Shown here: positions 32,107-42,719 of the stretch, one piece after another
Layout of the letters: each line of letters begins with the position of its first letter
How positions within the stretch are numbered: position 1 is the first letter of the stretch
NCBI GenBank assembly: GCA_963783575.1
Contig: CAWAOD010000009.1
Span: forward strand, 160,001 to 224,000
DNA from: an uncultured Spirochaetota bacterium
Lineage (GTDB): Bacteria; Spirochaetota; Brevinematia; Brevinematales; JAOACQ01
Direction: 5' to 3'
Length of the DNA stretch: 64,000 nt
Program-made: the position numbers and the translations under genes
Notes under the pieces: model-generated
What the model saw: the letters and a program-made list of their open reading frames with translations, nothing else
Told to the model about the DNA's origin: nothing
Database searches by the model: none

Positions 32107-34503
32107 TTATTCCTTATATTTTATCAGGTATTTTACATCAAAAACAGTTCCGGAGCCTTTGCTGCTCCGGACCGAAATAATACCATCATATTTTGTGACC
32201 AGTCGGTAAACAATACTTAATCCCATGCCGGTTCCCAGTCCAGGATCCTTTGTGGTAAAAAATGGATCAAATATTTTCGAGATGTCCTCGGATGGTATCC
32301 CGCTGCCCGTATCGCTTACTGATGTATGAATTACATTCCCGTTATAAGAAGAATCGATTGTCAGAACCCCCTTACCTTTCATCGCATCAACAGCGTTGTT
32401 AAAAAGATTAATATATATCTGGCGTATTTCTCCGCCCAGAGCATAAAACGGAGGCAGTTCGGAAAAATTCTTCTCAACTTTTATATTTATGAAATTTTTA
32501 CTGTATTTTACAATCCTTAAAGCCTCTTCCATTATTTCGTTTAAATTAACACGGGAAGGTTTTTCATCTCTCATACTCCTGGAATATGAAGATAGGTCTT
32601 TAACAATATCTGAGGCATGAATCGTAAAATTAATAATCGTTTCGGCATAATCCCTGATCTCCTTTGAATCCGCCTCATCCCTTATGATTTCAGCGTTTCC
32701 CAGAATACCATAGAGCGGATTATTTATTTCGTGAGCGACCCCGGAAACCAGCGTACCCAGGGCAGCCATCTTCTCCGCACGGATAAGCTGTTCTTTCATT
32801 TCTTTCTGAGATGTAATATTTTTCATAATAATTCCGGCTTCTTTTTTTCTACCGGACAATTCCGGAAGAAGAAAAAGAGTGTATCCCATAATCTCTTTAC
32901 CTGTTATAAGCTCCTGATCATCCAGAAAATTATTTTTAGGAAGCAGTTTTATCTGCTCTATGAATTTTTCCCTGAATTCAGTACTATCAATCCCTATAAC
33001 ATTAAGAACTTCACTGCCGATCAAATCCCCGCGGTTCTGAAGAATTTCGTTTTTAAACGATTCATTGTAAAAAGAAATCTTATATGTTTCCAGATCAAAA
33101 ACCGCAATTGATGAAGGTATGTTTGATATAATATTCTTTGCGGCATTGGAAGCGTATATTTTATTAAGAGCAACTTTCAACTGGTTTGATATTGTTATAA
33201 AAAACTGATTGTAATCAGGATTTATTTTTTTGCGCGAATAAGGATTATCGAATATTATAAAATATAGATATTTATTCCTTACTGTCAAATGAAGGACAAG
33301 GCTTTCATAAGTCCCGGGTTCGGGATTGAGCAGATTGTAATTACCAATTGATAAATTCATTTCACTTGCCAGGCCTGACAGCATCTTTTCCCATTGCCGG
33401 GGAGTAAAATAAGGAAAATCAACCGCCCTTTTTGATAAATCCCTGTAAAGAATCAACGGTTCCTCGATCAGTTCATATTGTTCATTAAAAATAAAACAAT
33501 ATCCTCTGTCAAATCCGACCCTTTCTATGATTAAATTAATAACTGCTACAATTGTATCTTTTTCGTTTTCAAGAGTGTTAATCTGCTCCGCAATATCCTT
33601 TAATATGGATAATTTCTCCGCTTCTTCACGAATCTGCAGATGGGCGGTCCGAAGGTTACCGTATTCATTTTTAATGCTTTCCAGTGATTCTTCCAGGGCC
33701 TTTGATCTTTCCACATTCAATTTTTTGTTAACCTCAATGATTTTCTGGTATTTCCTGATCCATACAAAAGAGTATATTCCAAAGAAGCCCAGCGCTGTAA
33801 TCACAAGAGATTTTAAATCAATCCAGGGTAAAGATTGGAAAAAGTATAAAATTAAAATCCCTATAAAAAGAACAACAAGTCCTCCTAATATATATAGTTC
33901 TTTCCTTTGAACCGGTTTCCATTTTAATCTATAAATGCAGGAATCGTCTCCCTCAGCCTGACATTTAAGTTCTTCAATTTCAGCGGGCGGGAGCCCCCAG
34001 AAACCCGGAATGTAGGCAAGCTGACCCTGCATTGCCTGACAGTTCAGCTTGGTCTGCTGGTAGCCGCTGGAGTATTTACAACGCATAGTAATTGTATTGA
34101 AACCAGATTCCACCACCTCCATCTTCCCGACGCCGGAAAAATTCGAGGACATTTCTGCTATTTTCCTGTAAGCAATTTTCGGTGAACCGAACAGTTTCAG
34201 GACACTGAGTATTGAATAAAAAAAACCGTAGGATTCTTTGGATAAAACATAATACCCTGCCTCAAAAGGCGCTCTCGGGTTCTTAGTGAAATCCACCAGT
34301 CTCTGCAATAACTGGTTATAATATTCAAAAGATACCCAATTATTCTCATTTTCGAGAAATTCCAAATCCAGGCCTGTCTCACCGATAAAAAGCTCCAGAG
34401 TCCTCATGTCATAGCGGTCCTGAAGATAAAAGAGGATAGGTTTCACAACCCTACATGAGAGGTCGGTTTTAATTTTTTCGCTATCATAAACCCTTTGGCT
34501 CAT
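32107..34503 (-). CDS. Sensor histidine kinase: V4R/H-NOX-like N-terminal domain, 2 TM, GAF, PAS-like, HisKA, HATPase
   Basis: N-terminal ...ENNWVS...AG...CQAMQG...[39 protein letters not shown] and GTGMGL. Confidence 0.88.
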   Translation of the reverse strand: MSQRVYDSEKIKTDLSCRVVKPILFYLQDRYDMRTLELFIGETGLDLEFLENENNWVSFEYYNQLLQRLVDFTKNPRAPFEAGYYVLSKESYGFFYSILSVLKLFGSPKIAYRKIAEMSSNFSGVGKMEVVESGFNTITMRCKYSSGYQQTKLNCQAMQGQLAYIPGFWGLPPAEIEELKCQAEGDDSCIYRLKWKPVQRKELYILGGLVVLFIGILILYFFQSLPWIDLKSLVITALGFFGIYSFVWIRKYQKIIEVNKKLNVERSKALEESLESIKNEYGNLRTAHLQIREEAEKLSILKDIAEQINTLENEKDTIVAVINLIIERVGFDRGYCFIFNEQYELIEEPLILYRDLSKRAVDFPYFTPRQWEKMLSGLASEMNLSIGNYNLLNPEPGTYESLVLHLTVRNKYLYFIIFDNPYSRKKINPDYNQFFITISNQLKVALNKIYASNAAKNIISNIPSSIAVFDLETYKISFYNESFKNEILQNRGDLIGSEVLNVIGIDSTEFREKFIEQIKLLPKNNFLDDQELITGKEIMGYTLFLLPELSGRKKEAGIIMKNITSQKEMKEQLIRAEKMAALGTLVSGVAHEINNPLYGILGNAEIIRDEADSKEIRDYAETIINFTIHASDIVKDLSSYSRSMRDEKPSRVNLNEIMEEALRIVKYSKNFINIKVEKNFSELPPFYALGGEIRQIYINLFNNAVDAMKGKGVLTIDSSYNGNVIHTSVSDTGSGIPSEDISKIFDPFFTTKDPGLGTGMGLSIVYRLVTKYDGIISVRSSKGSGTVFDVKYLIKYKE

Positions 34504-35949
34504 GGAATCTTCCTTTCTTTATTTTCATAGCTTAGCACCAACCGTCTAACTTTTTCGTTAATTGCCGGGTCATTCAGTATAAAAACAAATCCCATCTCTT
34601 TTTCATGAGCGCCGTCAAATGACCAAACCACCCTGGCAGGTACTTTAAAATCATTCAGGGGATTGGAGAAGGAAAATCTCAGCAAGCACCGCCCTTTCTT
34701 CAAGACCTTGGGAAAGGATATCCTGGCTCCGGTCAAAGAAATGTCTGCCAGATTGCCGCTAAAGAATTCTTTTTTATGTTCCAACACAACGCTGGCATCG
34801 GTATAGACTCTTTCACAGAAACGCCGATTGAAAACCTGCTTGGTATGAAATTTAGTCGATTCGGAGAAAAGAACAAAAAGATTTGTCAATATCGGATTCA
34901 GAAAGGGTGAGAGGTGCTTCATATAAGCGTACATCGGCACAACTTCGGATCCAAAACTTAGTTTTTCATATGTGGTAGTAAGACCCATTTCAATAATCCC
35001 GGCCCCTTCATCAATACCCAGTTTAACGGTATAACCGTAAAGATTAAAAAGCAAATAATACTGCCTTACATATTCATAATCCATACCGGCAAAAAGCCCG
35101 TGAAGGGTACTTTCATCCTTAATCGCCAGTGAGTAACCGATCACCTTGCCATCCTTCAAGAATTCCAGGAGCTTCGTCTTTCCCTTCATATAATGACTCA
35201 TATTGACAAAATACTCCCGGGTAAGGATTTCTCTCTGATATTCCCTGGAATGATCATAACATTGCCGCCAAGAGCTCCAGAAGCCTGTCCGCCTGATCCC
35301 CATATTCGGACACAACTTTTACTTCGACCGAGTTTTCCTCTAAAATGCGCATATATCTTCTGACTGACATTTTGTATTTACTGGCAAGGTCCCCCATATA
35401 TTCCCCAAAATCTTTCCAATTGTTGATCACATAAGCATTGGGCAGTATACCAACCCTTTTAAAAGCGAACTTAAGAAGGCTATCGGAATGGGGAAGATCT
35501 TTTTCGATGAAATCCCTCAAAATAAGTATATTGACTTTTTTTTCACGGGCGTATACTTTCATCTGATCCGTAATAATTTCCATAATCCGTGAGATGTCAT
35601 GCCCATCGACCCAATTTACGGTATTTCCCAGCGCGGTAGGAGTCCCGCATTCAATAACGCGCAGCCGGAGGAAACGCGGATAGATAATTTTCCTGATAAA
35701 ATCGATGATTTTCTTTGCGATTCCCCTATTGAAAATATCCAGATCGAAACTGATATAATAGAAACAGGTATTTGCTATAGGCTTGCCGTCTTCATACAAC
35801 ACAACATAACGGTAATCGCAGTCGTTAATATGAGATTCTTCAACAGCGATCAGGTGTTCCCAGGAACTGATGATATTATCCTTTCTGACAACGGAATTCC
35901 AGAGTGATGGTTCGACTTCTTTCAGGGAGTTATAAACTTTAGTTTCCAT
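34500..35949 (-). CDS. FemAB/BioF2-like GNAT acyltransferase fused to a C-terminal PilZ domain (one-base frameshift near 35270)
   Basis: Removing one T in GAG CTC T TGG CGG joins the ORFs (...LLELWRQCYDH...); GNAT motifs CGTP, LRDF, GMDY...FNLY, EMGLTTTYEK; PilZ RFCER and DISLTG. Confidence 0.8.
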
Positions 35950-36089
35950 AACTACCTCACAATAGAATATTCTCCAAAAATAATTATCCGGATAATATGG
36001 ATAGTATAGGTCTTCCTGATAATTCTGTCAATAAGGTTTTTAAATTAATAATGAATCGTATTAATTACTGAAAAAAGATTATTCTTTAT

Positions 36090-36176
36090 GAATATGGGTA
36101 GTTCTAAAATCTTCTTTAAACTACATTTTTTATCCAATGGAACTACCCATGGAGTTTTTAGAAGTACTCATATTAT
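36090..36176. promoter_or_regulatory. Triple repeated motif in the divergent promoter region
   Basis: ATGGGTAGTTC (36094-36104), inverted GAACTACCCAT (36140-36150) and GAAGTACTCAT (36161-36171). Confidence 0.6.
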
Positions 36177-36385
36177 ATTTGTTTATTCCTCTTACCTTTT
36201 TTTATTATAATGAGTAAGATATCATCTGTCAACCAATAAATAGTTTTCTTTACATAAATTATTCCTTTAATTAAAATGATATATTAATTGTATAAAATTT
36301 GTGATTAATATTTTATTAATAATTTGTTATCTTGTTATTTAATAAACGGTTGATTATATTATAAATTGATTTTTAGGAAATTAGC

Positions 36386-36754
36386 ATGGAAGAAAAGAGA
36401 TTTTTTAGTAGAAGAGATCCAAGGATTAGCCTGACAATTGAAATATCCATATTGCAGGAAGGCCTTACCGATAGTAAAAAAACCATACTTGTCAATACCA
36501 TTGATATTTCAAAAGAAGGTTTCTTTCTTGAAACTACAGAAAAACTGCCGGAAAACATTACACTTGTACTTACATTTTCCCTGCCGGATCAGCATGATAA
36601 GATTAAAGTACATGGAACTGTTGTCTGGCAGAAAAAGGAAGAAACCAGCGACAGTTATCAAGCCGGCATCCATATTCTTGATATGGATGATAAATCCGCT
36701 GATTTAATGAAACATTTCTTCGAATCGGCCAGTTATTACGGCTGGTTTTATTAA
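36386..36754 (+). CDS. Stand-alone PilZ domain protein
   Basis: RRDPR (RxxxR) and DISKEG (DxSxxG); GTVVW...AGIHI. Confidence 0.9.
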   Translation: MEEKRFFSRRDPRISLTIEISILQEGLTDSKKTILVNTIDISKEGFFLETTEKLPENITLVLTFSLPDQHDKIKVHGTVVWQKKEETSDSYQAGIHILDMDDKSADLMKHFFESASYYGWFY

Positions 36755-36764
36755 GGAAGTATTT

Positions 36765-38024
36765 ATGGATTCAGACAAATATTCATTGGTAGATTTTATT
36801 GAATACAACGACAGCGATATATTCACAAAAGCACGTTTTTTCGGGGAATATAAGGTAGATTATATTGCCAAACGATATTACACATATTTCCGTCAAACCC
36901 TTGGTTACTGCGGACCCCGTGTTAAAGTATTCGACCGCTATGAGAACAAAGTCAAAGAGATGATTATGATGGCTTCGAACAATTACCTATGTTTATCCTA
37001 TCATCCGGACGTTATCGAAGCCGGAGTTCAGGCCCTTAAAAAATATGGTGCGGGCCTTTGCGGTTCTCCGGTTCTCTGCGGTTATACCGATCTTCACAGG
37101 GAACTTGAGCTCAAGCTTGCTGAATTTAAAAGTTGTGAGGATGCAATCCTTTTTCCATCAGGATTTTCAACAAACCAGGGGACAATCTCTGCGCTTGTAA
37201 GAAAAAATGATACTGTTGTTGTCGACAGACTTGATCATGCCAGTATAATCGACGGTTGTATGGCTTCAGGCGCAACTTTCAAGCCCTTCGCCCATAACAG
37301 CATTACGAGCCTGCACAATGTTCTATCAAGGCTTGACAAAGCCGGGATAAAATCAGGAAAACTTATCATCATTGAAGGTGTTTATAGCATGGACGGTGAT
37401 ATCGCCCCCCTTACGGGAATTGTTGATGCGGCAAAGGAATTCGGGGCAAGGGTTATGGTTGATGAAGCCCACGCTACCGGTGTTCTCGGGAAAACAGGCA
37501 GGGGAAGCCTGGAACACCACGGATTGGAAGGCAAGGTTGATATAGTTATGGGTACATTCAGCAAATCTCTCGGCGCTTCGGGAGGATTTATCTGTTCATC
37601 TAGTGAGGTTATCGATTATCTTAGATTTTACGCACGTTCTTATTTCTTTTCGGCATCGCTGCCGCCGGTCATAGCCGGCTGCGTACTCAAGGCTCTTGAA
37701 TTGATTGAGAAAGACGGTAAAATTCGCGATAAACTCTGGGATAATATCCATTATATGAAAAGCCAATTGAAATCGCTGGGTTTCAATGTTCTGGAAAGCA
37801 ATTCCGCCATAATCCCAATAATTGTAGGCGATGACATAAAACTACGGAAAATGTCTTCCGAAATTCATGATAAAGGTATCTTTATAAATTCGGTATTTTA
37901 TCCGGCGGTTCAGAGGAAATCTTCAAGAATCCGCTTAAGCTTGATTTCAGACCACACAAGGCAGGACCTTGACGAAACCCTGAATGTCCTTGAGGATACA
38001 GGTAAAAAATTCGGCATAATTTAA
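36765..38024 (+). CDS. PLP-dependent alpha-oxoamine synthase (SPT/BioF/Kbl/CqsA family)
   Basis: SNNYL, DHASIIDG, EGVYSMDGD, DEAHATG, GTFSKS (PLP Lys) and FSASLPP; N-terminal extension with DIFTK. Confidence 0.92.
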   Translation: MDSDKYSLVDFIEYNDSDIFTKARFFGEYKVDYIAKRYYTYFRQTLGYCGPRVKVFDRYENKVKEMIMMASNNYLCLSYHPDVIEAGVQALKKYGAGLCGSPVLCGYTDLHRELELKLAEFKSCEDAILFPSGFSTNQGTISALVRKNDTVVVDRLDHASIIDGCMASGATFKPFAHNSITSLHNVLSRLDKAGIKSGKLIIIEGVYSMDGDIAPLTGIVDAAKEFGARVMVDEAHATGVLGKTGRGSLEHHGLEGKVDIVMGTFSKSLGASGGFICSSSEVIDYLRFYARSYFFSASLPPVIAGCVLKALELIEKDGKIRDKLWDNIHYMKSQLKSLGFNVLESNSAIIPIIVGDDIKLRKMSSEIHDKGIFINSVFYPAVQRKSSRIRLSLISDHTRQDLDETLNVLEDTGKKFGII

Positions 38025-38043
38025 TAAAAAGGCAGAAAGGGGC

Positions 38044-38736
38044 CTAATCAGTTTCTTTCAATAAATTCTTGATTGTTTCTAAAAGCAGTTCCTTCCTGAT
38101 TGGTTTCTGAAGATAGGCAGCCCTGGATTTGATAAGACCGTAACTTTTCATTTCGGAGTCCATATCGATAGCTGTTATAAAAAGAATCGGTACAGTTTCA
38201 TCCAGCCTCCTTATCAATTCGGCAAGCTCAATCCCATTAAAATCAGGAAGTCTGATATCTGTAATTACAAGATCGGGAACTATGTTCTGAAAGAGAATAA
38301 GGCCTTCGGCTCCGCTTTTTGCAGTATAAACGCTGTAGTTCTCCTTTTGAAGCATATAAGAAATGGTTTTAGTTATATATGTAAGGTCATCTATGAGCAG
38401 TATGTTAATAAACATATTATTTTTCACTATACCTTTCAGCCTTTCGGCTATTTCTATCTGCATGGAATTTGCATTAATATTTAGAAGAGGATCAAGGCTG
38501 CTCTTTAAAAGATTTTGAAAACGGGCTTTAATCTTTTGCTCCCTGGATTCTCGATCTATCTGTTCTATCATTGCTTTCTTTTTATCGACTGGAATATTCA
38601 TTTCAAGAATTTCCTTTACCCTGGCTGTTTCTTCCTCAGAACGTGAACGTTTTAATATATTACCGAGTTCGATATAATTTTCACCATCAATTTTTTTGTC
38701 CATATCTAACTCCTGTAATATTATTTTATAACACAT
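38044..38736 (-). CDS. Response regulator receiver with N-terminal helical extension
   Basis: LLIDD, ITDIRLP, FITA and LQKP in the C-terminal half; no DNA-binding domain. Confidence 0.85.
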   Translation of the reverse strand: MCYKIILQELDMDKKIDGENYIELGNILKRSRSEEETARVKEILEMNIPVDKKKAMIEQIDRESREQKIKARFQNLLKSSLDPLLNINANSMQIEIAERLKGIVKNNMFINILLIDDLTYITKTISYMLQKENYSVYTAKSGAEGLILFQNIVPDLVITDIRLPDFNGIELAELIRRLDETVPILFITAIDMDSEMKSYGLIKSRAAYLQKPIRKELLLETIKNLLKETD

Positions 38737-38831
38737 AAATAATATTCATTACTTGGTAAAATAACAAGAATAATACAAGTAATTTCGGAATTGATATATA
38801 ATTTATTAATAAATCTTATTATCAATAAATA

Positions 38832-40061
38832 TTAAAAAAGATGGACGGGCGATTCGTCTATTTGTGTGGGAAGACCCATACCATTTAATAATGATATAAA
38901 AGGATCGGGATCAAGTTCCTCGACATTTGCCATTGTTTTTACATCCCAGGCGCCCTGAGCGGCAAGAATCGCTCCTGCTACAGGCGGAACGCCGGCAGTA
39001 TATGAAATCGCTTGAGATCCGACCTCTTTATAACAATCTGCATGATCGCAAACATTGTAGATAAATATCATCTTGTCTTTCCCGTCTTTTTCCCCTTTGA
39101 CAAGATTCCCGATGCAGGTTTTGCCGGTATAATTGGGGGCCAGGGATGACGGATCCGGGAGGATGGCTTTAAGAAGCTTAAGCGGTACGACTTCAAGTCC
39201 TTCTGCCGTTTTGACCGGTTTTTCCGAAGTAAGGCCCAGCTTTGTGAGAACCGTGAAAACATTGATGTAATGATCGCTGAAACCCATCCAGAAACGGATA
39301 CTGTTCGCATCAATATTATTCGAAAGGGAATGAAGCTCGTCATGACCATTGAGGTAGACCGGCATCTCACCTACAACCGGAAATTTATATACTTTTTTAA
39401 TTGAATGGACCTTTTCTTCGACCCATTTCCTGTCTATCCATGTCCATACTTTCTTAAATTCCCTGAAATTGATCTCAGGATCGAAGTTTGTTGCAAAGTA
39501 TTTTCCATGATTTCCGGCATTTACATCCAGAATATCAATTGTGTCGATCTTATCGAAATAATGCTTTACAGCCAGCGCGCAGTAGCTGTTAACCACCCCG
39601 GGATCGAATCCCACCCCAAGAATGGCCGTTATACCTTTTTCTTTACACCTGTCTTTTCTCTTCCATTCATAATTCGCATACCACGGCGGGTCTTCACAGA
39701 CCTTGTCGGGTTCCTCATGAATAGCTGTGTCCATATAGACAGCGCCGGTTTCTATGCAGGCCTCAAGAACCGACATATTGATGTAGGATTGACCGAGATT
39801 GATGACGATCTGTGAGCCGGTTTCTTTAATCAATCTTGCAGTTGCCTGAATATCCAGGGCATCAATCTTCCTTGAATAAAGTTTCTTTGATTTATCTTTC
39901 AGACTGTTTTTTCTGTTAACACTTTCTATGATCGCTTCGCATTTATTCTGCGACCTTGAGGCAATGCAGATATCGCCTAATATATCATTATTACTGGCAG
40001 CCTTATGCGCAGCCACATGAGCAACCCCGCCGGCTCCTATAATCATAACATTTTTCCTCAT
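38832..40061 (-). CDS. Carboxy(nor)spermidine dehydrogenase (saccharopine dehydrogenase family)
   Basis: IIGAGGV, GVGFDPG, FATNFDPEIN and QAISYTAGVP motifs; adjacent to nspC. Confidence 0.93.
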   Translation of the reverse strand: MRKNVMIIGAGGVAHVAAHKAASNNDILGDICIASRSQNKCEAIIESVNRKNSLKDKSKKLYSRKIDALDIQATARLIKETGSQIVINLGQSYINMSVLEACIETGAVYMDTAIHEEPDKVCEDPPWYANYEWKRKDRCKEKGITAILGVGFDPGVVNSYCALAVKHYFDKIDTIDILDVNAGNHGKYFATNFDPEINFREFKKVWTWIDRKWVEEKVHSIKKVYKFPVVGEMPVYLNGHDELHSLSNNIDANSIRFWMGFSDHYINVFTVLTKLGLTSEKPVKTAEGLEVVPLKLLKAILPDPSSLAPNYTGKTCIGNLVKGEKDGKDKMIFIYNVCDHADCYKEVGSQAISYTAGVPPVAGAILAAQGAWDVKTMANVEELDPDPFISLLNGMGLPTQIDESPVHLF

Positions 40062-40075
40062 AGCCGTAGACCTCC

Positions 40076-41182
40076 CTAAGATAAATTATTCAAATAATCT
40101 TCATATTTAAAAATACGTACGGTATCGATACTGCCGTCCAGCCTTTTTACAACGATCGAGGGCATTTGAAGCCCGTTAAACCAGTTCTTTTTAACCATTG
40201 TATAGCCTGCAGCATCAGCTATATGAATGATACTGCCTGCTTTTAATTTATTTTTAAAATCATGAGTCCCGAATATGTCACCTGCGAGGCAGGAACATCC
40301 CGCGATCATATATTTATTACCTCCCCGGGGCATTTCAATTTTAGCGCCTGTACCGTAGATCAACAAATCAAGCATATGTGCTTCCGTCGAAGCGTCAACA
40401 ACCGCTATATTTATTTCATTATGAACAATATCCAGAACTTTTGTAACAAGTTCGGCGGATTTAGTAATGACAGTTTCTCCGGGTTCAAGATATACCTGAA
40501 CATTGTATTTTTCACCGAACTCTTTCAGCTTTGAACAAAAACTTTTCAAAGGATAACCGTCCTTTGTAAAATAAAGCCCGCCGCCAAGACTGATCCAATC
40601 CACTTTATTTAAAATTCCCGAATATTTCCTTCCTATTAAATCCAGGTTTGCTGAAAAATTATCAAAGTCATCATTTTCACAATTAAAATGTATCATAATA
40701 CCGCTCAAAATCGGCAACACTTCCGATAAATCTCCTGTTTTGGTAACTCCAAGCCTTGAGTAACGGCGAGCCGGGTCGGCAAGATCGAAATGAGAGTAAC
40801 TAAAACCAGGATTTACCCGAAGACCTATTTTTAATCCCCTGACGTCTTTATAATAATTTTTTAATTGTGATAATGAATTAAATATAATCTTGTCGGCATA
40901 TTTTTTAATCTCAAGGATATCATCCCTTGAATAAGCTACGCTGTAGCCATGGACTTCCTTCCCGAACTTTTCCCTTCCAAGCCTTGCTTCAAATAAAGAA
41001 CTGCTGGTTGTACCGTCTAAATATTCCTTCATCAATCCGAAAACAGACCAAGTGGAAAAACACTTCAGTGCCAGAACCGACTTTGCCCCGGAATGATCTC
41101 TGACATATTTTATCTTTTTAAGATTTTTTAATAACTTCTTTTCATCAATTAAATAGTAAGGGGTTTTTAAAACCATCGCCAT
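40076..41182 (-). CDS. nspC: Carboxy(nor)spermidine decarboxylase
   Basis: LALKCF, LRVNP, SRLG, YLEPGE, SCLAGD and YTMVKKNWFNG motifs. Confidence 0.95.
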   Translation of the reverse strand: MAMVLKTPYYLIDEKKLLKNLKKIKYVRDHSGAKSVLALKCFSTWSVFGLMKEYLDGTTSSSLFEARLGREKFGKEVHGYSVAYSRDDILEIKKYADKIIFNSLSQLKNYYKDVRGLKIGLRVNPGFSYSHFDLADPARRYSRLGVTKTGDLSEVLPILSGIMIHFNCENDDFDNFSANLDLIGRKYSGILNKVDWISLGGGLYFTKDGYPLKSFCSKLKEFGEKYNVQVYLEPGETVITKSAELVTKVLDIVHNEINIAVVDASTEAHMLDLLIYGTGAKIEMPRGGNKYMIAGCSCLAGDIFGTHDFKNKLKAGSIIHIADAAGYTMVKKNWFNGLQMPSIVVKRLDGSIDTVRIFKYEDYLNNLS

Positions 41183-41427
41183 CCTTCTGACTGCATTAAA
41201 ATTGACATGATTTTTATTAGAAACAGGTGTACAGTATTATAGACCAGCGCAAGAATTTTATCAAAAAACAATGGTCTTAAAATAGTCAAAAGACGGTAGA
41301 TTTAATAAACTATTATTGATTATCGCCCTGTTACCTGCCAATCGAATGACTTTGCTGCTTTATATCTCATATTATTTTGCCAATTTTAATCTAAGGCTGT
41401 AAAATTAATAATATTTGGAGGAAAAAT

Positions 41428-42255
41428 ATGATCAACGGCATTAATGATTTTATCACATTGAATAATGGAATAAAAATTCCCGGATTAGGTCTGGGCACAT
41501 GGCAGACAAATGATGGAAATGAGGTGATCAATTCCATCAAATGGGCTGTACAGGCAGGCTACCGGCTGATAGATACCGCTGCCGCTTATTATAATGAAGA
41601 GGGCGTTGGTAAAGCAATAAAAGAATGCGGAATTCCCAGGGAAGAACTTTTTATAACAACAAAAGTCTGGAATTCCGACCATGGATTCAATAACACTCTC
41701 AGGGCTTTTGAGACAAGCAGGAAAAAATTAGGGCTTGAATATATCGATCTTTACCTGATCCACTGGCCTGTGAGGGGAAAATACAAAGAAACCTGGAAAG
41801 CTCTTGAAAAGATTTATAAAGAAGGGCTGGTACAAGCCATCGGAGTAAGCAATTTCCAGATTCATCACCTTAGGGATATTCTTTCCGAAACGGAAACAGT
41901 TCCGGCGGTTAATCAAGTGGAATTTCATCCCCTGCTTACCCAGGCCGAACTTCGCGGCTTCTGTGCAGAAAACGGTATCCGCTTTGAAGCTTGGAGTCCA
42001 ATGATGCAGGGACACCTGAACCAGCAGGTATTAATGGATATTGCAAAAAAATACAAAAAAACACCGGCACAAGTTGTTCTCCGATGGGATTTGCAAAATG
42101 AAGTCATAACAATACCAAAGTCTATTCATGAAAATCGCATCAAAGAAAATATAGATATATTTGATTTTGAGCTTTCACCTGAAGAAATGGAAAAGATCGA
42201 CAGAATGAACTTAAACAGGCGTTTCGGCCCCGACCCTGACAACTTTTTCTTTTGA
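41428..42255 (+). CDS. Aldo/keto reductase (YvgN/DkgA-like)
   Basis: GYRLIDTAAAYYNE, FITTKVWN, DLYLIHWP, IGVSNF and IPKS motifs. Confidence 0.95.
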   Translation: MINGINDFITLNNGIKIPGLGLGTWQTNDGNEVINSIKWAVQAGYRLIDTAAAYYNEEGVGKAIKECGIPREELFITTKVWNSDHGFNNTLRAFETSRKKLGLEYIDLYLIHWPVRGKYKETWKALEKIYKEGLVQAIGVSNFQIHHLRDILSETETVPAVNQVEFHPLLTQAELRGFCAENGIRFEAWSPMMQGHLNQQVLMDIAKKYKKTPAQVVLRWDLQNEVITIPKSIHENRIKENIDIFDFELSPEEMEKIDRMNLNRRFGPDPDNFFF

Positions 42256-42413
42256 CAAGCGTACCGCTTGATCCAAAATTAATCAACAGATAGCCAGACA
42301 AGATATCTGACATTTTACAAAGAATGTTTTAATGCTAATGTTAATTATATTGACAAAACCCCGGTTTATGTGTAATTTTAAGTAATTCAAAAAAATAAAC
42401 CGGAGGCGGTATT

Positions 42414-42611
42414 ATGAAAGAAATGAAATACAGTTGTAAAGAGTGCGGAAAGACTGTTTCGGTAACCAGTGATAATGTACCGGAATGCTGCGGCAAACCT
42501 ATGGAACAGATGCCGCTTGATGTCTGCACATATGCCTTTTCTGCCGAAATTGCAAGGCCGAACAATGAGGATGAGCCATGCGATGATGCCCGCACAGGTC
42601 TTAGAAAATAA
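42414..42611 (+). CDS. Small Cys-rich metal-binding protein (desulforedoxin-like N-terminus)
   Basis: GGAGG RBS; YSCKECG...PECCGKPM; C-terminal EDEPCDDAR. Confidence 0.75.
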   Translation: MKEMKYSCKECGKTVSVTSDNVPECCGKPMEQMPLDVCTYAFSAEIARPNNEDEPCDDARTGLRK

Positions 42612-42719
42612 AATGCTTGATTTTAAAAGAAATAATGATTATAATTTTCATTAATTTCTATTAAGTTGGAAAGGAAATATACATTTGACAGAATTATAAA
42701 CAAATAAAGAGGAGAAGTT

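Noticed and set aside
36765..38024. Assigning the symbol bioF, kbl, spt or cqsA
   Set aside because: Family is clear but specificity cannot be determined by eye; no biotin or tdh context
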